Shown: piece after piece, positions 6,143 through 14,897 of the stretch
Numbering within the stretch: the stretch's first letter is position 1
Layout of the letters: every line of letters begins with the position of its first letter
Assembly (NCBI GenBank): GCA_001821135.1
Contig: MHSA01000011.1
Coordinates: forward strand, 3,042 to 67,041
Length of the DNA: 64,000 nucleotides
Direction: 5' to 3'
DNA from: Candidatus Taylorbacteria bacterium RIFCSPLOWO2_01_FULL_48_100
GTDB lineage: Bacteria; Patescibacteriota; Minisyncoccia; Phycocordibacterales; UBA10002
The notes under the pieces: model-generated
Told to the model about the DNA's origin: nothing
Databases searched by the model: none
The model's input: the letters and a program-made list of their open reading frames with translations, nothing else
Made by a program: the position numbers and the translations under genes

Positions 6143-8656
6143 ATGATCTCAACGATGGCTGAAAAACAGAACAAGCGGCTGGTGCTTATAGATGCGCACG
6201 CGATACTGCATCGCGCATATCATGCGTTGCCGGAGTTTAGTAATAGCAAAGGCGAACCGACGGGCGGGCTCTATGGGCTTGCGGCGATGCTTATTAAAAT
6301 TATTGCGGATTTAAAACCCGACTATCTTGCTGCAGCGTACGATTTGCCGAAGCCGACTTTTCGGCATACTGCGTACAAAGAGTACAAAGAAGGGCGGGCG
6401 AAGGCAGACGATGCGCTCATTTCACAAATGAAACGCTCGCGCGAGATTTTTGAAGCGTTTGGAATCCCGATTTACGACAAAGAAGGGTTTGAAGCGGATG
6501 ATATTCTCGGTACGATTGTAGAAAAGTTACAAGTTACACGCTACAAGTTACAAGTTGATATAGTTATCGCGTCTGGCGATATGGACACCCTACAATTAGT
6601 TGATGGAAAAAAAGTGCAAGTGTACACACTCAAAAAAGGGATTAATGACACGGTTTTGTATGACGAAGAAAAAGTAAGAGAACGCTATGGATTTGGTCCA
6701 AAACTTTTACCGGATTTTAAGGGGTTGAAAGGCGACCCGTCGGATAATATAAAAGGAATAAAAGGGATTGGCGATAAAACTGCGACCGAACTCATACAAA
6801 AATTCGGCTCGGTTGAGGAAATCTATAAGAAGTTGAAGAAAGATAGGGGTATATTTGAGAAAGAAGGAATAAGTGCGCGAATGATTGGACTATTGGATGC
6901 GGGAAAAGAAGATGCTGAGTTTTCTAAAATACTCGGAACTATTCGGCGCGATGCGCCGATTGAATTCGCACTTCCTGAAAAGCCGTGGCGTGAGTGTGCG
7001 AATGTGGGTAATGCAGAAAAGTTATTTCAAGAGTTGGAGTTTCGCAACCTTGGGCAGAGGTTGCGGGCGGCGATATCAAAAGTTTCTTCATCTCGCCCTT
7101 TTCAAGGGGGAGTACCCGAGCGAAGCGAGGGGGAGGGGGTGGTTTCTGCAGAAATTAAATCACCCCTCCGCCCAGCACTTTCTTCAGAAAGTGCTGGGCA
7201 CCTCCCCTTAATCAAGGGCAGGATGAAAGAAAAAGAATTTTCCGACCTCTCCATCGCCCTTTGGCTCATCAATTCCAACCTAACAAACCCGACCGCGGAC
7301 GATGTGTGTAATTTTGCAGGAACGAAAGATGTGAGCGTGGCGCGCGCGAAAATTCTTGCGGAACTGAAAACGCGCGGCCTCGCGCGCGTATTTGAAGAGA
7401 TTGAAAAACCACTCATTCCTGTTGTTGAAAAAATGAACGCCCGCGGCGTGAAAATGGATACAAAGTATCTTGCCGTGCTTTCTACAGAGTACCACCGCGA
7501 GCTTGCTGCGCTGAAAAAAGAAATCTGGAGTATGGCTGGAACCGAATTTAATGTAAATTCACCAAAACAGCTTGGCGAACTTTTGTTTGTAAAAATGGGG
7601 CTTAAGGCGGCGCGACAGAAGAAGACGGCAGGAGGCGCGCTTTCAACACGCGAAAGCGAGCTTGAAAAGATGCGCGATTTGCACCCAATTATTGCGAAGA
7701 TTCTTGAGTACCGCGAGTTTCAGAAACTACTCTCAACCTATATTGACGCGCTTCCAGAATCGGTAGATACGCACGGTCGCTTGCACGCGTCGTTTTTGCA
7801 GGCGGGAACGACGACGGGGCGAATGTCGTCGCAAAATCCGAACTTGCAAAATATCCCCATTCAGACCGCGCGCGGCAGGCGGATTCGGAACGCATTCGTC
7901 GCGGATAATGGCTGTGCGCTCCTCGCGTTTGATTACTCGCAAGTAGAACTTCGCGTTGCGGCAATTCTTTCTGGAGACCAGAAACTTATTGAAATCTTCA
8001 AGAAAGGGGAAGATGTACATACTGCGGTGGCGGCGGAAGTTTTTGGTGTCGCGCCAGAAAAAGTGACTAAAGAAATGCGCCGACAGGCGAAAGTAATTAA
8101 CTTCGGAATTTTGTACGGTATGGGAGTGAATGCGTTGCGCGCTACACTCGGAGATGTAGAAACTCCAGTATCGCGCGCGGACGCGCAGAAATACTTGGAC
8201 GAATATTTCGCGCGCTTTCCAGTGCTCGCCGCGTATTTGGAAGAAACAAAAGCCGTCGCGCGCGAGCGCAGCTACACAGAGACCTTATTCGGGCGGCGCA
8301 GATATTTTGAGGCGCTCAATTCGCCGATTTCGTACATCCGCGCGGCAGCAGAGCGGCAAGTGATTAACGCGCCGATACAAGGCACTGCCGCAGATATCGT
8401 GAAAATTGCGATGGCTCGGGTGGCTGAATTTTTGCGAGACGAGAAATTAGACGAAAAAGCACGCTTGATTTTACAAGTGCATGATGAATTGGTATATGAA
8501 GTGAAAAAAGAGTCGGTTTCCGAGCTCGCGCCAAAAATACAAAAGATAATGGAGGGCGTGTTGTCTCCAGGGCAGTCGCGGGGTGTGCCGATTCTGGTAG
8601 AAGTGAGCGTCGGCGACAATTGGGGGGAGATGCGGAAGTTAGTGGAAAGTAGTTAG
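6143..8656 (+). CDS. polA: DNA polymerase I (5'-3' exonuclease domain plus family-A polymerase domain; no obvious 3'-5' proofreading domain)
   Basis: N-terminal LVLIDAHAILHRAYHA (5' nuclease). C-terminal family-A motifs DYSQVELR, the O-helix RRQAKVINFGILYG, and QVHDELV. Start placed at ATG 6143 (alternative 6155), after the upstream terminator. Confidence 0.9.
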   Translation: MISTMAEKQNKRLVLIDAHAILHRAYHALPEFSNSKGEPTGGLYGLAAMLIKIIADLKPDYLAAAYDLPKPTFRHTAYKEYKEGRAKADDALISQMKRSREIFEAFGIPIYDKEGFEADDILGTIVEKLQVTRYKLQVDIVIASGDMDTLQLVDGKKVQVYTLKKGINDTVLYDEEKVRERYGFGPKLLPDFKGLKGDPSDNIKGIKGIGDKTATELIQKFGSVEEIYKKLKKDRGIFEKEGISARMIGLLDAGKEDAEFSKILGTIRRDAPIEFALPEKPWRECANVGNAEKLFQELEFRNLGQRLRAAISKVSSSRPFQGGVPERSEGEGVVSAEIKSPLRPALSSESAGHLPLIKGRMKEKEFSDLSIALWLINSNLTNPTADDVCNFAGTKDVSVARAKILAELKTRGLARVFEEIEKPLIPVVEKMNARGVKMDTKYLAVLSTEYHRELAALKKEIWSMAGTEFNVNSPKQLGELLFVKMGLKAARQKKTAGGALSTRESELEKMRDLHPIIAKILEYREFQKLLSTYIDALPESVDTHGRLHASFLQAGTTTGRMSSQNPNLQNIPIQTARGRRIRNAFVADNGCALLAFDYSQVELRVAAILSGDQKLIEIFKKGEDVHTAVAAEVFGVAPEKVTKEMRRQAKVINFGILYGMGVNALRATLGDVETPVSRADAQKYLDEYFARFPVLAAYLEETKAVARERSYTETLFGRRRYFEALNSPISYIRAAAERQVINAPIQGTAADIVKIAMARVAEFLRDEKLDEKARLILQVHDELVYEVKKESVSELAPKIQKIMEGVLSPGQSRGVPILVEVSVGDNWGEMRKLVESS
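7095..7224. repeat. G/C-rich modular palindromic repeat element, copy B, inserted in-frame in the polA inter-domain linker (encodes ~43 aa: RPFQGGVPERSEGEGVVSAEIKSPLRPALSSESAGHLPLIKGR)
   Basis: Module GGGGGAGTACCCGAGCGAAGCGAGGGGGAGGGGGTG is identical to copy D at 39550-39642. Module CAGCACTTTCTTCAGAAAGTGCTGGGCACCTCCCC is shared with copy E. The ending CCTTAATCAAGGGCAGGAT is shared with copies C and D. Confidence 0.75.
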
Positions 8657-8696
8657 TAGTAAGTGATAAATGGGTTGAGAAACGATTAATCGGAGA

Positions 8697-9128
8697 TTGT
8701 CTGACCATGCTACAATGTCGGGCATGAAAAAGAATTATCGCGCGTGGCATAAGAAAAAGTCGGAAGTAAACGAGATAGTAACTCGGCCGTTTTTTCACGA
8801 GCGTGAGATTTGGTTTTGCTATATCGGCACTAATGTTGGTTTTGAGCAGGACGGTTCCGGCAATGATTTTTTGCGACCGGTAGTGGTGTTGAGGAAATTT
8901 AACAACGAAATCTTTTGGGCGATTCCGTTGACAAAAGCGCATAAGAAGAGAAAGAAAAAAGCAGAACAGTATTATTACGCTTTCTCTTTTATACAAGGAA
9001 TCACTAGCATCGCGCTTTTGTCTCAAATTCGTTTGATTGATGCTCGGCGTTTGAGTCGCAATATTGGCGTTATAGCAGATAAAGATTTTAAGGAACTAAA
9101 GAAAAAACTCAAAGCACTTTTGCCTTGA
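8697..9128 (+). CDS. PemK/MazF-family type II toxin (mRNA interferase-like). No adjacent antitoxin recognised.
   Basis: IWFCYIGTNVGFEQDGSGNDFLRPVVVL...AIPLTK...SIALLSQIRLIDARRL matches the PemK/MazF fold pattern. The true start may be the internal M at 8715 or 8724. Confidence 0.5.
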   Translation: MSDHATMSGMKKNYRAWHKKKSEVNEIVTRPFFHEREIWFCYIGTNVGFEQDGSGNDFLRPVVVLRKFNNEIFWAIPLTKAHKKRKKKAEQYYYAFSFIQGITSIALLSQIRLIDARRLSRNIGVIADKDFKELKKKLKALLP

Positions 9129-9227
9129 GTTTTTTCTTTTTCCTCCGCCTTGCGGCGGAGTCGGGCCGAAGCCATTTGTGGTATAAAGGTAGCAAAACGA
9201 GGTTATTAAGTCAAGCAAGTTATCAAC

Positions 9228-9884
9228 ATGTTCTATTTTTTTTACGGTACAGATGGTGTTAAGGCGCGCGAGCGGGCAAGCGCGCTTGTGGAGAGTTTGC
9301 GGAAGAGGAAGCCGCAGGCGGAAGTATTTCGCATTGAAGCGGAAAATTGGAACCCGCTCCAGTTTGATGAACTGATAGTAGGGCAGGGGTTGTTTAATAA
9401 AACATATATCGTCCATATTGTTTCTTTGTTTGAGAATGAAGAAGCGAAGGAGATTTTCTTGCAAAGGATTTCAGATGTCGCGGCCTCGCCGAATATCTTT
9501 GTCGCAGTTGAAGGCGAAATAAATAAAGAGGAATTGCGCGCTATTGCAAAGCACGCGGAAAAAGTTCAGGAATATAAGAAAGACAAATCAGGAAAAAAGA
9601 AGTTTGAGGTGTTTTCGCTCGCGGATGCGCTCGGCGCGCGCGATAAAAAGAGTTTATGGGTCGGATATCAAAAAGCGGTGATTGAAGGCATCGCGCCGGA
9701 AAACATTAACGGCATTTTGTCATGGAAAGCGCGGAGTATGCTTTCAGCGCGGTACCCCAACCGTTATTGGAGTACGGACGAATTAAAAAATCTTTCCGCG
9801 CAATTTGTCGCGCTGTATCACGATTCCCACCGCGGCAGGCATGAGTTTTCGATTGCGCTTGAACGGCTGATTTTGAGGATTTAA
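9228..9884 (+). CDS. holA: Putative DNA polymerase III delta (HolA-like) subunit, short form
   Basis: N-terminus MFYFFYGTDGVKARERAS resembles the HolA N-terminal motif. Weak overall, length 218 aa. Confidence 0.35.
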   Translation: MFYFFYGTDGVKARERASALVESLRKRKPQAEVFRIEAENWNPLQFDELIVGQGLFNKTYIVHIVSLFENEEAKEIFLQRISDVAASPNIFVAVEGEINKEELRAIAKHAEKVQEYKKDKSGKKKFEVFSLADALGARDKKSLWVGYQKAVIEGIAPENINGILSWKARSMLSARYPNRYWSTDELKNLSAQFVALYHDSHRGRHEFSIALERLILRI

Positions 9885-9917
9885 TTTTTTTCTCGGGCGT
9901 GTTATAACTTACTCGTA

Positions 9918-9990
9918 CCGCCCATAGCTCAATTGGTAGAGCAATTCCCTTTTAAGGAAGAGGTTCCTGGTTCGATTCCAGGTGGGCGGA
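9918..9990 (+). tRNA. tRNA-Lys (anticodon TTT)
   Basis: Manual cloverleaf. Acceptor CCGCCCA/TGGGCGG; D-arm GCTC-AATTGGTA-GAGC; anticodon loop CTTTTAA; T-arm CCTGG-TTCGATT-CCAGG. No encoded CCA. Confidence 0.75.
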
Positions 9991-9994
9991 TTAT

Positions 9995-10399
9995 TTACAG
10001 AGGCAAGTCAAACGCAAAGAGGCCGGCGCCTAAGACAAGGAGCGAAAGCGCGATAATAAAAAGAAGCGCTAGAAAACCGCGAGAACTCTCAATGCCATGC
10101 GGCACTTTTTTCTTGAGTATGAGCGCACAGAGTAAAATTAGCGCGACAACGAGCGCGGCGATTTGCGTGTACAAACCAACGATAAGCAAAAGCCCTGCGA
10201 TAAGCTCAATCGCCCCAAAGCCGAACGCGAAATACTCGCCTGGCTTCCAGCCGAGTGACTCAAAAAACGCTGTTTTATCCGCGCGTCCGCGCCCCAATTT
10301 ATGTAAGCCAAAATTAACAAATACCAATCCGAGCGCAACGCGCAAGAGGAATGGGGCGAGGAGCCAGAACGCAAGCAGGTCTGGGAATACGCTTAACAT
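9995..10399 (-). CDS. DoxX-family membrane protein
   Basis: 134 aa with four TM helices and a DoxX-like pattern (GLVFVNFGLHKL...AGLLLIVGL). Confidence 0.6.
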   Translation of the reverse strand: MLSVFPDLLAFWLLAPFLLRVALGLVFVNFGLHKLGRGRADKTAFFESLGWKPGEYFAFGFGAIELIAGLLLIVGLYTQIAALVVALILLCALILKKKVPHGIESSRGFLALLFIIALSLLVLGAGLFAFDLPL

Positions 10400-10434
10400 A
10401 GTGTAAGTATAGCATATACTGATATACTTACAGT

Positions 10435-11349
10435 ATGGCAGAGTTCAAAAAACCATCAAATGGTATGGAAGAAATTAAGTGGTTCATTGGATTCCTGATT
10501 TTCTTTGTCGTTGCGTGGTTTATTGGCGGCGGTATTTTGCGCGAAGTGACAAGCCCTTTCATAGAACCGCCAGTTCCGGTAACGGGAACTGCGGCAGGCA
10601 ATAAAACGGCTCCGTCAAAAACTGTTCCTCAAACTGGTTCATTTTCGGGCGACTTAAAAGCAATTGAACAAAAGAGCGGCGCGTCTTCCCTAAAAGGTTT
10701 GCTTGAATTGTCGGTCAATAATTACGGCTCCGCCGTATCGGCAAACGAAGAGTATGTGATGCTTCAGCTCTCCGACTCCGCGCCATCGCGCGTATTGCTT
10801 ACCGGAATGATTATAAAAAGTGAGGCATCTGGACGAAGCGCGACCATCGGGAAAGGCGCGTACTTACCACAACAAGGGACCATCAACGCAGAAGAACTCG
10901 TGTATCTTGAGCCGGGCGGAATTGCGTATGTCGTTACAGGCCGAGCACCCGTCGGCTATTCTCTGCGCGTGAACAAATGCACGGGCTACTTTGAGCAATT
11001 CCAAAACTTCGTGCCGCAACTCCCGATTGAATGTCCTCTTCCTAAAACAGAACCGCTCCCACCGCCGCCCAACAGCCCTTCGGATGCGTGCCTGCAATAC
11101 ATAGACAATATGCGTAGGTGCCGGATTGAGCCGAATTCGCCTGTTGAACTCGGCGAAGAGTGCCGCCGCTTTATCCGCGACTCATTCACCTATCCGCGGT
11201 GCGTTTCGGCGCACAAGAGCGATGCCGATTTTTACAAAAACGAGTGGCATCTCTACCTCTCGCGCGACCTTCCGCTCTGGAAGAGCACTCGCGAAGTGAT
11301 TACGCTTTTGGACGCAACCGGCAAGGTGGTGGATACGGTTACATACTGA
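10435..11349 (+). CDS. Hypothetical membrane-anchored secreted protein with a Cys-rich C-terminal region
   Basis: 304-aa ORF with an N-terminal TM helix. No known domain. Confidence 0.45.
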   Translation: MAEFKKPSNGMEEIKWFIGFLIFFVVAWFIGGGILREVTSPFIEPPVPVTGTAAGNKTAPSKTVPQTGSFSGDLKAIEQKSGASSLKGLLELSVNNYGSAVSANEEYVMLQLSDSAPSRVLLTGMIIKSEASGRSATIGKGAYLPQQGTINAEELVYLEPGGIAYVVTGRAPVGYSLRVNKCTGYFEQFQNFVPQLPIECPLPKTEPLPPPPNSPSDACLQYIDNMRRCRIEPNSPVELGEECRRFIRDSFTYPRCVSAHKSDADFYKNEWHLYLSRDLPLWKSTREVITLLDATGKVVDTVTY

Positions 11350-11356
11350 TCTATTT

Positions 11357-11380
11357 AATTGTGTCAAAAATGACACAATT
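11357..11380. terminator. Palindromic hairpin AATTGTGTCA-AAAA-TGACACAATT after the 10435-11349 gene
   Basis: Perfect 10-bp inverted repeat just past the stop codon. Confidence 0.45.
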
Positions 11381-11390
11381 CCGACCCTAA

Positions 11391-11448
11391 AACCACCCCT
11401 CCGCCTCGCGGACTCGGCACCTCCCCTTATGTTAAGGGCAGGATGGAA
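11391..11448. repeat. G/C-rich palindromic repeat element, copy C (intergenic)
   Basis: CACCCCTCCGCC and CCTTATGTTAAGGGCAGGATGG modules are shared with copies B and D. Confidence 0.6.
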
Positions 11449-11497
11449 GAGAATATGGCTCAAGACAAGGGTTTTCTGACAATCGCGCCAATAACTA

Positions 11498-11526
11498 TTG
11501 ACTTCTAGAATGGGGTATGCTATACT
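11498..11526 (+). promoter_or_regulatory. Sigma70-like promoter: TTGACT, 17-nt spacer, TATACT
   Basis: Consensus hexamers with 17-nt spacing upstream of the 11650 CDS. Confidence 0.55.
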
Positions 11527-11649
11527 GTATGTAGCGAACTTTGACATACGGATGTGTGTTAGGTGTAGCGGACAGTTTAACTCGTCTTCTGTTTTCAACA
11601 ACAAAAAGACGAGCGGTAACGCGCGACCGCAACAGCGCAACTCCATTGC

Positions 11650-12282
11650 ATGAAAACAAAAAATGTCATCTTCACGGTCGGTCTTCCGAAGCCTGGGACA
11701 GAGATCGAGACGGACTCACTCTGCAACTCCTACCTTACCACCCCAGACGGAAAGTCGGTGGGCGGTTCGGAAACCATTTTTTCCATGCCGGAGTGGAAGG
11801 TGGGTGATGAATTCGTCCTCGATATCCCGAGCGGGACAATCCGCGGGAAGGTGGAGACGGTGCGGGCCTACGGCGCCGCCGAAAGTGCCGAAGCACGGAG
11901 CGTCGCCTCTGTGTTCGGTGGTCCTCAACCCTCGGAAGAGGGTGTCCAACTCTTCGTCTACGGAGAGTGGAGCGGGAAAGAGGGTGGATTGCTCGGGGGG
12001 CTTTTCGGTTATGGGCGGTTCGGGGCAAATCTCGAGCAGGCGGTGGTCGTGGAAAGTTCTCTGGTGCCAAAGGGGAAACAGGTGTCCTACGGGGGATATT
12101 CCTGGGCAAAGTCCGCCCGCCACTTTCTCGGTATCGGAGATACCGAAGCCGCCAAGTTGTTGGCGGTGGTGGTGGAGCGAGAGGAGCGGACATCATCAGG
12201 GGTTGAGAACACCACCAATCAGGTGTTCTTGACTTTCGCCGTAGCGGAAGTCCACCTGAATCCGGTTTTGGCAATCGCCTAG
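11650..12282 (+). CDS. Hypothetical protein (Gly-rich) in a locally GC-rich segment
   Basis: 210-aa ORF downstream of a consensus promoter. The overlapping antisense ORFs in this segment are judged to be artefacts of the local GC richness. Confidence 0.4.
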   Translation: MKTKNVIFTVGLPKPGTEIETDSLCNSYLTTPDGKSVGGSETIFSMPEWKVGDEFVLDIPSGTIRGKVETVRAYGAAESAEARSVASVFGGPQPSEEGVQLFVYGEWSGKEGGLLGGLFGYGRFGANLEQAVVVESSLVPKGKQVSYGGYSWAKSARHFLGIGDTEAAKLLAVVVEREERTSSGVENTTNQVFLTFAVAEVHLNPVLAIA

Positions 12283-12334
12283 TGGCGGTCGCCTCGCCGA
12301 AAGGCAATGGAGACAGACGCCCTCGTGTGAGGGA

Positions 12335-12460
12335 GGGTCGGCGGGACGAAGCGTCCGCGCTTCGTCCCGCAATCATCCGTTGTTTTTTCAGTTCTTTGGT
12401 TCGGGAATTCGCGAAAGCGAATTCCCAAAAACCTCGCGCAGTCGCGAGGTTTTTTGTTTG
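12335..12460. terminator. Cluster of three consecutive hairpins (GGGACGAAGCG-TCCGC-GCTTCGTCCC; GGGAATTCGCG-AAA-GCGAATTCCC; AACCTCGCG-CAGT-CGCGAGGTTTTTT), between convergent genes
   Basis: Three perfect stem-loops, the last followed by a T-run. Likely a bidirectional terminator. A structured sRNA cannot be excluded. Confidence 0.55.
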
Positions 12461-12513
12461 CGGATTTTGTCATTAAGCTACGATCGTATCTTAATGGCAA
12501 TGAAGAATATTTT

Positions 12514-12963
12514 TTATCGGTACAGCACAATTCCCGCCGCGACCGCGACATTGAGGGATTCTTTTGTTCCACGCATAGGGATTTCGGCGACACAGTTGCA
12601 TTGCGCGAGGATTTTTTCCGGAATCCCCGTTACTTCGTTGCCGAACACGAATGCGATATTTTTTCGGCGCGGGATTTTTTTGTAATTGATGGCATGCGGA
12701 TGTTGTTCAACGGCAACCAGAAACACTTTTTCTTTTTTCAAGCGGGCGAGAAGTTTCTGAACTTTTTTAGCGCACTCCCACACCACTACTTTTTCCGCCC
12801 CCAGCGCGGTCTTGGCGATTTCTTTGTTTGTTCTCCCGAAGCGGTCAACTGGCGCAGGCGTGTAGCCCGCTAGAAATATTTTTGCAACTCCCGCCGCGTC
12901 AGCCGTTCTAAAAATTGAGCCGACATTGTGGTTGCTACGGATATTATGAAGTATGATGTACAT
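12514..12963 (-). CDS. SpoU/TrmH-family RNA 2'-O-methyltransferase
   Basis: MYIILHNIRSNHNVGSIFRTADAAG...FVFGNEVTGI...NVAVAAGIVLY are SpoU motifs. The start is taken at the internal M, which gives the canonical N-terminus. Confidence 0.7.
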   Translation of the reverse strand: MYIILHNIRSNHNVGSIFRTADAAGVAKIFLAGYTPAPVDRFGRTNKEIAKTALGAEKVVVWECAKKVQKLLARLKKEKVFLVAVEQHPHAINYKKIPRRKNIAFVFGNEVTGIPEKILAQCNCVAEIPMRGTKESLNVAVAAGIVLYR

Positions 12964-13893
12964 GTGAAAATTATTCTCTTTGTTCTTACCGCGGTACTTT
13001 TCATTTTTGCCGGCGCATGGGCGTCTGATAATTTCCAATATATGTCATTTGACGATATGCGCCGCGCGGTTGCAGGCGTATTTTTTACCGACAGTATCAC
13101 AGAAGGCGAGTTAAAAGAAGCATATGCAAAAGCCGCTCGCGGGGAGGGGAAGGTGAAGATTCTCATTGTGCCCGGGCATGATGATGACAGTTGGGGTACG
13201 GAATACAACGGCATTCGCGAGGCGGATTTGACGATGCGAGTTGGGGAGGCACTCGCTGCGCAATTTGCGAAGAATTCTGCCTATGAAGCGACGCTTTTAC
13301 GCGGCAGAGATGGATATCTGTCGGCGTTTGAGACATATTTCGCTGAGCATAGAGAAGTTGTGCGCGCCGAAGTGGTGGCGAAAAAGAAAATTATGAAGGA
13401 CTTGCTTGCCGCCGGCTCGGTAGAGCGTGTGGAAGGCGTGGGGCACAACAAAGCGGCGCTGGATGTTGCTCTGCGCCTTTATGCGATTAATAAATGGGCG
13501 AATGAAAACGCTTTTCATCTTGTCCTCCACCTTCACTTCAACGATTTCGGTGGGCGCACGGCGAGGAATATGAATCAGTATGGAGGATTTGCGCTCTATG
13601 TTCCCGATGGGCAGTATTCAAACGCGAGAGCAAGTTATGCGGTCGCCGAGTCGCTCTTTTCGGAGTTATCATCTCTCTTTACGAAAAGCAATTTACCAAA
13701 AGAAGATGCGGGCATCGTACCCGACCAGAGTTTGATTGCGATAGGCGCGTACAATACGCTGGATGCGGTATCCGTTCTTATTGAATACGCATACATTTAC
13801 GAAGCGCCACTCCGTACACCATCGGGTCGGAAAGAAGCAATTCAGCGTTTTGCCGATGCGACTTATCGCGGAGTGGAACGATTTTTCCGGTAG
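12946..13893 (+). CDS. N-acetylmuramoyl-L-alanine amidase (Amidase_3 family) with an N-terminal membrane anchor
   Basis: ILIVPGHDDDSWGTEYNGIREADLTMRVG matches the Amidase_3 zinc-site region. Confidence 0.55.
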   Translation: MKYDVHVKIILFVLTAVLFIFAGAWASDNFQYMSFDDMRRAVAGVFFTDSITEGELKEAYAKAARGEGKVKILIVPGHDDDSWGTEYNGIREADLTMRVGEALAAQFAKNSAYEATLLRGRDGYLSAFETYFAEHREVVRAEVVAKKKIMKDLLAAGSVERVEGVGHNKAALDVALRLYAINKWANENAFHLVLHLHFNDFGGRTARNMNQYGGFALYVPDGQYSNARASYAVAESLFSELSSLFTKSNLPKEDAGIVPDQSLIAIGAYNTLDAVSVLIEYAYIYEAPLRTPSGRKEAIQRFADATYRGVERFFR

Positions 13894-14457
13894 TTACTTA
13901 CCAAGTAATTTCAGCGCCGCTTTGATGCGCGCGTTCGTGCCGACAATTCCTCCGTCAACTTTTTTTAGCGCTTCACGCGCTTCTTCATGTGAATAGCCGA
14001 GGGCTTTGAGAGCTTCTAGCGCATCCACTTCTTCTTTAAGTGTAGTGCCTTCTTCGCTTGCGCCTAACTTCTCGCGCAACTCCAAAATTATTTTGTCAGC
14101 GGTCTTCTTGCCGATACCCGATATTTTCGTAAGGTACGCAGTTTCGCCGGAGGTGATGGAGCGGCGGAGGGTTTCTGGTGTGGCGACATTGAGGATATTC
14201 AGTGCGGTTTTCGGCCCAATGCCGGAAATCTTTATCAGTAATTCAAAAAGCCGCAAATCATTTTCGTCCAAAAAGCCGAACAGTTCTTGCGCGTCTTCGC
14301 GCACGGTGTGGTGTGTGCGAAGCTTCGTCTTTGCGCCAACAGCGAGATTATTGAGCGTATCGTCGGTTGCCCACACATTGTATCCGATGCCTCCGGCGTC
14401 AATGATCGCGCTCCGCACTCTTTTTTCCGCGACGGTTCCGGAAATGAAAGAAATCAT
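13894..14457 (-). CDS. ruvA: Holliday junction DNA helicase RuvA
   Basis: N-terminal OB domain MISFISGTV...GIGYNV, two HhH motifs (ISGIGPKTA, ISGIGKKTA), and a C-terminal domain. Confidence 0.85.
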   Translation of the reverse strand: MISFISGTVAEKRVRSAIIDAGGIGYNVWATDDTLNNLAVGAKTKLRTHHTVREDAQELFGFLDENDLRLFELLIKISGIGPKTALNILNVATPETLRRSITSGETAYLTKISGIGKKTADKIILELREKLGASEEGTTLKEEVDALEALKALGYSHEEAREALKKVDGGIVGTNARIKAALKLLGK

Positions 14458-14517
14458 AGGTTTAGTATATAGAAAAGTTGCGCTTTTGTGTAATTTTTGT
14501 TATGTTGCTTTAACACT

Positions 14518-14781
14518 ATGGCTATAACGAATTCAGCAAAGAAGGCGCATCGGGTCTCACTTCGCAGGCGTGTTTTCAACTTGCGCCGCAAGCATGCAGT
14601 TAGCGAGGCGGTAAAAAATATAAAAAAGCTTGTCGCTGAAAAGAAAATTGCGGAGGCGGCGAAGCTCCTTCCGCTTGCGTACAAGGCGTACGATAAGGCG
14701 GCAAAAGAGCACACCATCCACAAAGGCGCGGCTGATAGAAAGAAATCACGGCTTGCGCGACTTGTCTGCAGTGTCTCTTAA
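14518..14781 (+). CDS. rpsT: 30S ribosomal protein S20
   Basis: MAITNSAKKAHRVSLRRRVFNLRRK... matches the S20 N-terminus. Confidence 0.8.
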   Translation: MAITNSAKKAHRVSLRRRVFNLRRKHAVSEAVKNIKKLVAEKKIAEAAKLLPLAYKAYDKAAKEHTIHKGAADRKKSRLARLVCSVS

Positions 14782-14783
14782 AT

Positions 14784-14810
14784 GTCTCGCAGAAGCGAGG
14801 CGTTTTTGTT
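14784..14810 (+). terminator. Terminator hairpin CTCGC-AGAA-GCGAG plus T-run after rpsT
   Basis: Stem-loop followed by GCGTTTTTGTT. Confidence 0.5.
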
Positions 14811-14823
14811 ATAGTTCGGAGAA

Positions 14824-14895
14824 CCTCTCGTCGTTCAATGGAAAGGATACCGGCCTGCGAAGCTGGAAATACAGGTTCGATTCCTGTCGAGAGGA
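14824..14895 (+). tRNA. tRNA-Arg (anticodon reads GCG, which is unusual for bacteria; the D-stem has wobble pairs)
   Basis: Manual fold. Acceptor CCTCTCG/CGAGAGG; anticodon stem CCGGC/GCTGG with loop CTGCGAA; T-arm ACAGG-TTCGATT-CCTGT. Confidence 0.5.
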
Positions 14896-14897
14896 TC

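Noticed and set aside
12290-12330. Another copy of the palindromic repeat family at 12296-12330 (CCCTCGTGTGAGGGAGGGTC)
   Set aside because: It has only a short GC-rich inverted repeat without the shared family modules. Treated as part of the terminator and hairpin block.
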